Source of the DNA: Lobosporangium transversale
Taxonomy: Eukaryota
Direction: 5' to 3'
Length of the DNA: 64,000 nt
Assembly (NCBI RefSeq): GCF_002105155.1
Contig: NW_019028999.1
Location: 372,001-436,000 of the forward strand
Shown: positions 50,638-64,000 of the stretch, piece by piece
How the letters are laid out: each line of letters begins with the position of its first letter
Numbering within the stretch: the stretch's first letter is position 1
The notes under the pieces: model-generated
What the model saw: the letters and a program-made list of their open reading frames with translations, nothing else
What the model was told of the DNA's origin: nothing
Database searches by the model: none
Made by a program: the position numbers and the translations under genes

Positions 50638-52268
50638 ATGAACAGCATCGTACGGGTCGATTCTTATCAGGGACTGATGATGAACATGAAGAAGAAGCCC
50701 GCCACAGCGCATTCATCACCCTCAAAAGGGCATCATGCTCCTCGAGCCATCCGTCCTACACTCAACAGTACCACAGTTAATGCACAGCCTGTAGTATCAT
50801 CTCTTGTCAGTAAGGCCATGACAAGCACTCTTGGCTGGACTAAAGACGAAACAGATAACCTGCTTGAGTTAGAATACAAGGAAGAGATCTTTCAATATAT
50901 GAAGCAAATGGAGGTATGCATAGAATGACTTGCTATGAAAGCCATCATGAAAATTTACTGCTCTGGTATTGTCTTCCTTCGCTTCTGGTTGGATATTCCC
51001 TGACCCCATATTCTGCATCAATCACTCCAACTATAGAAAGAGACTATGGCCGTCCCGGAACACATGGACCTTCAGCCTGAGCTGACGTGGGATTTGAGAC
51101 CACTTCTTGTTGATTTCTTAATCGAGATTCATAACCACTTTAGTCTCCAGCCCGAGTCATTATATTTAGCCATGAATATGATGGATCGTTATCTCTCGAA
51201 ACGCGTTGTATACAAAAAACACTATCAACTTGTGGGTATGACCTCACTTTGGATAAGCAGCAAATACGAAGATTCGAAGGAGAGATTGCCATCTGTCTCA
51301 CAGCTATGCAAACTCTGTAGCAACACATACGATGAGGCTGCATTTATTACCATGGAAAGGCATATCCTCAAAACACTCGACTATAGCCTTGGACATCCAA
51401 CAGCCGAAGCTTTCTTGAAGAAGGACCTAGAGATGTCCGGAGAGAATGATCAAAGACTGCAACACGTTGCTCAATTCTTGATGGAACTTACAATGTTCCA
51501 GCGATGCTTCCTGTCATTTGGATCTTCCACTATTGCAGCTAGTGCTCTGTTCCTTGCTCGCAGCATCTGCCGTAAGCAGATTGTGGTAAGATTCCAGGCC
51601 TCTTGCTTTTTAGAAAGGTATTAATGTTATAATGAGATAGTTCTGCTCCTTACCAATAATATTAACTTTTTGATAACAGATGCCAACCGATCCCAACGTG
51701 GTTGCATGCATTCAGCACTTGGACAACAGCCTTACGAATGTCTCTAAAACTGTACATGAAAAGTATTCACGCTCAAGGTTCTCTCAGGCAAGCATTATAG
51801 TCAAGGAGTGGGTCGACAATGGTGGAAGGGCGCTCATCCAACCTATCTCGACGGAGTGCTCTAATCCTTTGTGGACCCTCTCCAACATGTTGTGGCAGCC
51901 TCCATCCCCTATCCCAACCACGTTCCCAACAACCCAAGTAGGCGCCGGGTGCCAGGCTGAACCACAGCCAGCATACAGCAATCCCGGATATGCTGCAGCT
52001 GTCCAACAAACGTATCCACAACAATCACAACAACAACCTAAACAGCAACAATCTGGCCGGCACCACAGCCATTCGATCTCATCATGTCATTCGCAGTACA
52101 TGACTGGCCATCAACAACGTATAAATTCTGGATCAGCGCATCATATGTCCTATGCAGCATTACCACAGCAGCCACAGCCAGCGGTTATCAGTCATCAGAC
52201 TACATATGATATTCGACCAGCAGGGTTAGATTGCGGAGCAAGATGGGTGGATATCAATATGGAGGCAT

Positions 52269-52270
<2 letters not shown>
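50638..52270 (+). CDS. Fungal G1-type cyclin (Cln3/Puc1/Ccn1-like)
   Basis: Cyclin box MDLQPELTWDLRPLLVDFLIEIH...DRYLSKRVVYKKHYQLVG...SKYED and MERHILKTLDYSLGHPTAEAFL. Q/P-rich tail, three coding exons, and a probable 5' UTR intron at about 49925-50615. Confidence 0.9.
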
Positions 52271-52299
<29 letters not shown>

Positions 52300-52975
52300 C
52301 TTCAACGGCGAGCACCATTCCATCGCTATAGCTTTTTTCTTTTTCTTTTCTTTTTCTTTTCTTTTGTTCTTTATTTGATAGCCTACAGATTATACTTGTA
52401 CATTATTTTTGTTTGCATTATGCTTTACTATACCCTAATCATTGTATACTTCCAAACTGATCGACTGCAATTCCCCTTTCAACCTTTATCGTTAACCATT
52501 CCTTACCATTCTATGATCAAATACAAGCAGTAGAATCCGAACCTAATATAACAATAGTTAATAAGCGACTGAGAATGAACGTGATGTAGCTTTTTGATCA
52601 AGTTTTGTCCATACAATGCATAGTTGTCCGGCTTTAGTGTTCGGGCTTCCTAGATTTGAGAAAGCTATTTTTTTGAGGCCAAAGCCAGCTTTATGAAGGC
52701 AACTTTAACTGGAATTGAAAATCATGGTCTCTTTTATACATCCCAGCCAAGACAGGGACTTCTTAATTTCAGCAGCTTTCCTCTTTTGTCACTCGCCAAT
52801 ATTTGTCCTATATTCCTAAGATAGGGTACACAGAGCTTGAGAAGGCTCGTAAAGAGATAAAAGGTTTTCCACTCATATCTTGATCTGCTTGGTATTTATG
52901 TGAAAGTATATTTCTACTTTATAAATTCTAAGGATATCATGATGACCATCTATTCTATATAAAGTCTATGTGTTT

Positions 52976-54801
52976 TTATGCTTGGTGTGAAGCCTTGTGC
53001 TTTCCTCCAACTTTGCATTTGAGGTAAACGAATACGACGGCTCCTAGTGCCATAATGCCACCAATAAATCCAATGGTCCCTTTATATGCATGCAGATTAA
53101 CAGGTCCCTGTGCAGTACCATCATCACCGGACGATTCACCGCCACCCAAGCTTGCCAAAATGGCAGCTGCAATCGGTGTTCCTGTAAGAGATCCGAACCC
53201 ATTGACTCCAAAGGTGACTCCAACCAAAATGGTTAGGGACCCCGTTCCAAATTGCTCAGCCAAAACTGGTGCAAGCAACGAAATGAACCCACCGCCCATA
53301 AGGCCATATAGGATGACATAGACGAGCAACACAGGGAGGGTTGTTGCAAACATCCAAATGAGCAGCGTTGTCAATGCACTTGTTGCGACGCAAAATAGCG
53401 TCAAGTTGACGAGCCCGAATCTGTCACCAAAGATTCCGCCAGCAAACCGGCCAAAGAATGATGCACCATTCAGGAACGAGTTGATCATAGCGCCCTGACT
53501 TTGTGAGAGATTATGATCTACAGCATAAGCTAAGTAATGATAATTTAAACTCTCAGTGGATTAGAACTATTGAAGAAAAAAAAAAAAAAAAAAGTCCAAC
53601 AGTTGCAACTTACATGGTAAAAGATTGAGGGGAGCAAAGTATCCAAAAGATGTCAAGAGAACACCAGTGATCATGATTAAAAATGCAGGTCGCCTCATGG
53701 TTTCAATATCCTTCATCGATACATTCACTGCTCGCGCTCCCGTTGCAGAAAACTGTCGGATCAATATCCCAGAAATGACCATTGAACACCAGACAATGAT
53801 CGCCAGAACTCGCAGGCACCATCGATAGCCGATTGAAGCATTTAATTTTTGGATCAGTACAGAGAACACTAGCCCGCCGATCCCAGAGCCTGAAATACCA
53901 ATGCCAGAAGCCATTCCACGACGCTTGACAAACCATTGGGAAGGGGCAGCCAAGATACATGGATTTGCCATTGCGGCACCCAGCTGGAGTTAAAAAAATA
54001 TATAAAATGTAAACACGCGATGAAGATTAAATATTCGATTATCCAATGGTTTTGCAGGAATGGCCTTGATCATCCAAAGGAATATTACTTACGCCATACA
54101 GGAAGCCCTGACTCAGATATAAATGCCAAACCTATTCATTTTATTTTACTTTATTTTAATAATCTGCTTCTTCATGGGAGGAAGCACAAGTCTTCGTGCT
54201 TCTGTATGTTACTTTTTTTTTTTTTTTTTTTTTTTTTTACCTCAGTCGCAAATGATGCTCCGACACATCCTCCAGCAACAAGAATAGATCCTATTAAGAT
54301 CATCTTACGATATCCAATCTTAGCTGCAAATAAAGAGAACACACCCCCAATGATGTACATAGATCCAAAAGCCAATGTGCCGATCCATGAGACTGCAGAC
54401 ACTTGACCTGGAAAAACCTCAGTCTTGTATAGTTGTTGAAAAATGCCCCAGGAAAACATGATTCCTAACATTGAAAAATTATTCAAGAAACAGGCACCCA
54501 CCACAACCCATCCATATCCACCATCAGGCGGCTCTATCCGCGTAATTTCTTTTTCTTTCGTGGATTCCGGTACTATGACCGGTCCAACTGGTACAGTAGC
54601 AGCGATCTCCGATCCATTTGTATGAACAGTCGATGATGATGCGGATAATGCTGTTACTGATGGTTTTGATGACAATGAAGATGGGTGTGTCTGCTGGGTC
54701 TCATGCACGAGCCCTTCTAGTTTGCTACCATTCTGGTCCCCCTGGTGTGGAGATTTTTCATCAACTTCTGTTTTATGAAGAGACGAAGTTATTTCTGACA
54801 T
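52976..54801 (-). CDS. MFS monocarboxylate-porter (MCT/Mch) family transporter
   Basis: PPDGGYGWVVVGACF signature, PSQWFVKRRGMASGIGISGSGIGG and GRFAGGIFGDRFG. Four exons, including a 39-nt exon encoding VWHLYLSQGFLYG. Confidence 0.92.
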
Positions 54802-54919
54802 GAATAGAAAAAGAAGTGGTAGGGATTATGTGATTAAAAAGATCGCAGGTATTTATATTTTATATTCATGAATAAGGAGAAAGAAAAGAAAAAATGAGAG
54901 GAGAGAGTTGGGAGTTGGA

Positions 54920-54954
54920 GAGAGAAAGAGAAAGAGAAAGAGAAAGAGAAAGAG
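54920..54954. repeat. (AGAAAG)n microsatellite upstream of the MFS gene
   Basis: Read directly from the sequence. Confidence 0.8.
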
Positions 54955-55312
54955 CGTGAAGAAGTGAGTGAATGAGTAAAGAGCTCAATGGAGGCAAGAA
55001 TGAGTTACGAGATGCAAACTCATTATAAACCCGAGAAAAAGTTTAAGCATAACATATTTCACATATCACATCAATTTGTTTATTTGAGACGGGGCGGATG
55101 CTTGTTTAACCTCTCTTGAATTGAAAAGGATCCATGTCCTGCAGCACAAACCTAAATATCTCATTTGCCATTTGTTAAAAAAATAAAGCGGCCAACTATG
55201 GATAAAATGGATAAATTCATTTACGGATGAGGGAAAAAAAAAAAAAAAAAAAGTGGATCCTTTGTCGCCATGCTATTCATACATATGAGTAAAGTGCATA
55301 CATATCTTGTTC

Positions 55313-55344
<32 letters not shown>

Positions 55345-55628
55345 TGCCAACAAAGCCTGACGAGCAAGATTTGCGGGGAAGCTGCACATCGAAAAAAAAA
55401 AAAAAAAATTCGCCTTAGGGTAACACACGATATTAGTTCAGTTTAAGATATGCAGCAGGATAGGGCAACAAGCATAGCATGAATAATTAAGCTTTGTTTA
55501 TTATCACAAAGATTCACGAGCAAAAAAAAATTCAAAGTAGAAAGACATTAAAGAAACAAACATATAAAAGAGATTGCAATGCCAAATTAGGGGAGAATCA
55601 TGGTACATGTATGTTTTCGAACTGAGAT

Positions 55629-58600
55629 TCAACTTGCGAATAGACTGGATGTCATGCGTCGTGGAGGGCGATATGCATCAGGAAGGAACTTGAGTTGAAC
55701 CTTATTGAACGCAAACTTGCCTCTCTTGTTCATTACCACCACAGTATGTCTATCATTCGATTTACCCTCACTTGATTCCTCTTCTGCTACCAGTCCGGAC
55801 GCCGTTATTGAAGCTGAAGCACTGCCTGAGCTTGGAGGACTTGGCATCTCTGGTGAGCTGCCAAAGTCCACGCTCCCCTGGCTCTGACGACGAGCGCGAA
55901 TATTCTTTGGTAAAGCATGAGAATCCTTTGCTAACGAGAGCGTGGGTCTTCCCATCTTCAGTACCAAGCCTAAGCCTTGCCCAAGAGATAAGAGATTTTT
56001 TGAAAAGCGTGGCGTAATCTGACTTTGGGGCAAGGCTGCTTGCTGCCGGAAATATATGGATTGCTGGGATGACCATGACGGAATAGATCGATATATAACT
56101 GAAGACGTGGAAGGACTCAATGGCGAAGAACTCTGAGCGTTCGTCTGCCGCTGATGTCGATCATCTGATAGAGTATCAGAAGTGAATGGTCGTCCAAGCG
56201 TGTCCAATCCCAAAGATCGTGCAAGACGGGTAGCCAATTGAGGTTCGTCAAATGGGTCAGGGAAGGAGGTATAATGTTCCTCCTCCACTGGTGTCTCCTG
56301 TTCGTAAGAGGACGCGACTGGAATTTCCGTCGATGTGGAGAGGGCTTCATGTGATTGAGAAGTAAGACGTGACCTCCGAAGGTTGTCATCTGCTGAGTTT
56401 AGTTTTGTATCAAAAGTAACAACTGGAGCCAGTGCTGTACCACCCGAAGACTTGACCAATTTTTGTGGAGGAGGATAATCTAACAATGTCGAAGAGACAA
56501 GTTGGATCGGGTTTGATAGATCATCAGACTCTTCCAAATATGTAGGGATATTGGGTTCTACTAGAACGGCGTTTTCTTCGGATGAATCGACCGAATTGGC
56601 AGTTGCTTCGGGATCAGTCATGCTAGCCACAGATTCGACCACGGCCAGACTTCCTGAATCTGACACGTCTGCACCTGAGAGTAGTGTACGGATAAGAGTG
56701 AGAGCATCAGAGGAGAAGGTAGACTCCTGATTCGCTGCAGCGGTGAAATCAAAAATGGGCGTTAATTGCTGAGGCAATGGTGGCTTAACTGCAGGGATCC
56801 ATACCACACCCTGGGCAAATTCTCCCAGTTTAAGGTTTCTCTCCACGTTTTTGATCCGAACTCCAGTCTCGCTTCTCATAGCATCCAAAATAGCCTTCCA
56901 GTCATCTCTTCCCTGTTGCTCAAGAGCAGTCTGTAGGTCATGACATGCTCTCAAAAGATTTGCTTGTGAGAGAGTAACCGACATGGAAGTTCTATCTTTG
57001 GCACTCTTGCATGACACGATGTGACTAGTTACCCAAAGACATGCGAAAGGTAGCTCTTCATCTAATTCATATATCTGTAGAGAGCAATCGCAGCATTCTA
57101 TCTCCTTTGCGGGCAAGCCATCGCCTCGGGTCCTCTCAAATTCACTCTTGTTTGGTAAGGCAGGTGTAGACTGAAGACTAAGAGATACGTTGATTTGACC
57201 CAATGCGCGTGTTAATGCTTCCGCGCTCTCCAAAACGCTGGTATCTTTCGATCCCTTGAAGTTCAAAAGCTTTGTTGTACCGAATTCCATCATGGATCCA
57301 AATATACCTGAGGCAGAGCCGGACACACTCTGCCCTGAAGTAGAGCTTAATGGGGTATAAAGATCACGCTGTGAGATCCTCAGCGTCTGTGCGCCCACCG
57401 CATCCAACGAAGAGTCAGATGATACACCTAATTGAGGTCTCATTTCATCCAAATGACCCAGTACTGCTTTTTCAAGATGATCCGCAAGCTCAGACACCAA
57501 AGATTCGCCACTCCATATCTCCGATCTGGACGATGGTACTATATCCCAATCTGAACTGAGATTCGTCATCAACGATACCGATGATAGATCAACATTGCTC
57601 TGTGGTGTGCTATAAGGTCCATATGAATGATTTCTAGACTTCATGGAACGCATCTCGTTGCGTCTTTTTGCCACTTGGATCTGTGTATACCATGCATGGT
57701 ATCGTGAAAGGTAAATCTGCATCTGACGGAGACTCTCCTCATTAATGGTTCGCTGAACAGGTGATTTTCGTGTCAGGTTGGAGATGGTCTGCATTTCGTT
57801 AATTCCTTGGGTGAACAGGATTGGCAGCACCTGTATCTTCGTCGTGCCAGCTTGAAGCGAGTCAGGAAGGAGCGAGAACTGACGCGGGTCCAGTCCAAAA
57901 GATAGCGTCCATTTACCTCGCCGTCCAGAGATTTGTACAAGGCTATCGCCAAATTCATCTAGATCTATTTCAGCTGAGGCTCTTGCTATTGTTGGAGGAC
58001 TGTGCGCACTAGTGCATAGCGGTAGCGCATGAAAGCTGATGGTGAGGCACTCGCGTGCATCTGCAACCGCCTGTGCGTAATCTAGCAGCATCCCAAGTTC
58101 GTTGCCTTGAGTAGACAAAAGGCTACTAATTTGAGCAAGCCACCCCAGGTTCATTAGTTGGTCCCAGAAGATATCATTTTGAACTTTAGCTCGAGGCGCA
58201 TTCTCTAATGGATGGCGGGATAAAGGCTTTCGTCGGGAGTTAGTCGCATGCTGTTCTTCCAAGGGCGGTCTTTGAGAAGAATTGTTTGGTTTCGTAGGAT
58301 GCAAGGATGGGCATTGATACTCTGTATCCTTGTTTTTATGTTTATCTGATCTATCGTTCTCTCTGCGTATTTTCACCGCGTCCGCCTCTTCGAAAATAGA
58401 ACCTATCCTTCCTAAGGCACTTGTTGCGTTGCCCTCGCTTGAGCCCTCCTCACCAATCGAGCCCATGTTGCGGCTAGTGGAACGCTGGCATTCAGGTCTA
58501 TGCTGTCGCTGTTGATGTCGCCCGGCCACTTCTAGATTCTGAAGGGCAACAGCCATATTTGTCCACCAATCCTCCAGGAGGGCCAGAAATGAGGTAGTCA

Positions 58601-60936
58601 GCGTCGTAATAATTTGCGAAAGGCAGCATTCGCGAGTTCTCTTCACCATCATCCATTCCGGTGTAGCTACTAAAGTTGCATCTGCGATAAGGCACTCGTA
58701 CTGGATTGCAATGACGATAAAACTGTGCAGATCTTGCGCGCAGCTCACAATTTCTCTAATTGAGCGCTTTGAGCACGATAGCCAATCAGGAGATATTTTT
58801 TGCAACGGATCTTGAATTTGATTTTGCACCTCATCCGTAGCAAGGTTAACTTGCTTCAATCTTTCGATGATGCTTCTGATTTCCTCACACACAAAGCGAG
58901 CGCTAACTTCTGTGGACTGAGGCGTCAAGTACTCTATAAGGAGGAATTCACCAAAAGAAGTCATTTCATCCACGAGAAACTGCGCCTCTCGCACCAGCAC
59001 TAGCAGCCGCGCATTATCAATATCCTCGGAAGTCACCATTATAGAGGTGAACTCGGATAAGCAACTATCAAGAACATCTCTTAGAGCCTTGAAGTCACGC
59101 ATTAAATCATTTCCGCGTTCCTGTTTGCTCCAATAGGCGCCAAGTGATGGTGGATTACCGAGTGTTTGCGTATTAGCCCACCGAGTAAATCCAGCACCAT
59201 GGGCTGCCGCCGCTCCCACTGTTGTTGACTGGTAATTTGTTTCTAATACCACATTACACAGAGAGCAAACATCAGATTTTAATCATAAAGCCGGGTCAGC
59301 AGCCATTATCAAGACTAGAAGCTTACGGTATCCGTCGTCATAAACAAGGAATTCTTGAACACAACAATTCAGCGGGATCCATTGAACAGCTTCCTCTTTC
59401 TTCTCAGGACTCCTGCGGAAAGCCCCTTGACCAGACTCTATATTTTCTTTTAGTTTTTGTTCCACCTTTGAAGCCATGTTTTGGTAATAAGCTTCGATAT
59501 TTCGATGAGTGCTAATCTGCTGTCTCAGTAGTTTTTGAAATTGTGAATCTTCCTCAGTCAGTCCAGTTTGCCGAGCCCTTGTCGATTTCAATGCCTGTTC
59601 TCTTATGACAGGGTTTGTACGCGCGGCGCCTCTACGCAATGAGTCCATGAAACTTGCTCCTCGCGTGATTGGATTGGGACGATGGTCCAGAGGTACAGCC
59701 TGAATCATATCAGCTAATGTCACGCTTGGTTCCTTCTCCAGTTCATCAAGGACTCTCCTTTCGTCCTCTGCAAACAACTGTAGCAGTTTCAGGGGAACTG
59801 TGAACGCCACAGGGGATTCATAAAGGTGCTCACGACCATAAACAATCGTCCCGCGTGTTGTGTGCCCGTGATATGTCTGTGAAAAACAAGGTCCGATACG
59901 ATGCTGTTCTGCAGCCACTTTTGAAGCAGGCATAGCTGGTAAAACCTAGATCGATAAATAACAATGCGGGAAAATTAAGATTCATATTCTCTTCGTCATC
60001 CTCTCCCTTTTTCAATGTACTCACCTCCTCAACAACCACATCCAATGTCGCTATTATTTGCTTGCTCTTCCTAGTTCCCACTTCTGGTAGCAACAAAGCC
60101 TCCGCGAGAATTGTTGTAAAGGATGACAATTGAGTAAGGTTACTCCGTTGCTGGCGCCCACAGGTGTACTGGGTACTTAATTCCATAGAAAAATGCTCTA
60201 TCGCAACCGATGTTTCTGCCCAGGGTAATAATCCATCAAGGGTTGGAAATGCTGCTATTAGCTTTGGACTTGTGCTCGACGAAGGTAGTGCTAATAGAGT
60301 GAATCCGATGACCAGGAAATTCTCACGGATTTGGAGTGTAAGAGTCTTGACAAAGTGCCCCTCCAAATGCCCCTACTCAACAAGACCGTTTGTTAGTTTA
60401 TCTTCCTTACCAACATTTTGTTCTTTCCGAACACTAAACGTTGACGCAAGCGAAAAAAAAATAATAATCACCTTCTCTAATGATACGAGCTCCGTCCTAT
60501 CTTGCTCGAACCATGCCTCTCGCCCATCTGGTAATTGCAATAGAGCGGTTAGGACCAGTACTACGTGAGCACTTCCTTTGACAAGTCTTGTGTGCTGCTG
60601 CTCTGGATCAATTGATATGGAAACACGCAATTGGACAGGAGGTCCCAAGATTGGCGCTGGAGTATGGGACGGGTCATAGGAGCTTATCTCAGGGACAGTC
60701 AATGGCTCTATAGGAAGGTTAGGTGGTGACTGCTCGACTGTGGCCTGAGCAGGAGAGCCAATCCCAAAGTTGGGGCCGATACGTGAGCTTGATGCAATTG
60801 AGTCAGCTATGCTCAATGCTGGGTTTCCAGGTGCTGCTTCAAAGCTAACCACAGGCGCCAGAGTAGATGCACCTTTGAATTGGATCTGAGAAGATAGTGG
60901 TCGAGCGTGTGAATAAGTTGCTCGATTACTGTCCAT
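55629..60936 (-). CDS. INPP4: Inositol polyphosphate 4-phosphatase (INPP4A/B-like) with N-terminal C2-like region
   Basis: CX5R catalytic motif SCKSAKDRTSMSVT. Also TTVGAAAAH, ILFTQGINEMQT and the C-terminal KFAFNKVQLKFLPDAYRPP. Four consecutive ORFs are joined by canonical introns. Confidence 0.88.
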
Positions 60937-61232
60937 TTTTTTTTTTTTTTTTTTTTTTTGGTGTGTTATAGATTAATAAAAGTGATGAGAAAGAGGACCA
61001 AGCCTATAATGTTATGATCATGAAGTGATCAACCTAAAGTTAGTTAATGTCCAATTTAAGGATGAAAAAGAATGAATAGATTGGTTCAGGCATAAGAAAG
61101 GCGAGATGGGGGTTCATCTTTCTTGGCCACACAACCGAAATAGCCCTTTGTGACAACCCAAACCAATATGCCAAGATTGTCTTCTTTATTAGAAAATAGG
61201 GTGAAGACCACGTTGCTATTAAATGATCGATG

Positions 61233-63578
<2,346 letters not shown>

Positions 63579-64000
63579 GACAGTTTGTATTTTCGCCCTT
63601 GTCTTTAATCGAATAGTGACTGTGCAATTAAGTGATATGAATGGTCTTGGTTAGAAAATGTCAAGAGCCAAATACCCTCTGAAAGATATATTGATATCAA
63701 AGCTCTACGAGCTTTCACCAGCATAAAAAAATAATGTAACCACTTCGGCTCCGAATTGAATGCTCAGTCTTTTTCAATCGCATCACTCAATTTCAGCTTC
63801 AGAATTTGAGTTATCCATCCATTTCTCCAAAATGCACTGTCCACGAATGAAAGTTCTTTACCAACTATTTCTAATGAAGAAAGTCAGAATAAGTTCATAC
63901 AGTAAGAAGTGACGATAATCCCAGTCAGTAGGAATATTATGTCGAGTGCCTATGCTATCAAAATGCGCTTTGTGCTAGAGTACGCGAGACTACAGCAAAT

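Noticed and set aside
63760..64000. Short minus-strand frames at the window end (e.g. IRGQCILEKWMD)
   Set aside because: Too short, interrupted by stops, and would need an implausible 30-nt intron; cannot be supported.

Overview
Intron-rich, AT-rich eukaryotic genomic DNA with many poly-A/T tracts and GT-AG introns. Gene content suggests an early-diverging fungus, probably Mucoromycota/Mortierellaceae (inference only). Thirteen host genes are supported: a mitochondrial carrier (5' part), an SR-type RRM/zinc-knuckle protein, SMARCC/SWI3, an F-box/LRR-like protein, coatomer epsilon, an Mtf2-like protein, an ARHGAP39-like WW-MyTH4-RhoGAP, a tandem winged-helix Stb3-like protein, SNF2/BRG1, an HSF-domain factor, a G1 cyclin, an MCT-type MFS transporter and an INPP4-like phosphatase. 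An FHA-forkhead factor makes fourteen. The standout is a decayed mobile element at about 21.8-24.95 kb. Three introns splice in frame to join an XPG/FEN1-like (PIN-fold) nuclease region to a Fanzor/TnpB-like RuvC + zinc-finger nuclease in one protein. A GC-rich hairpin follows the stop codon, where an omega-RNA scaffold or element end would be expected. All family calls come from motif recognition by eye, not database searches.
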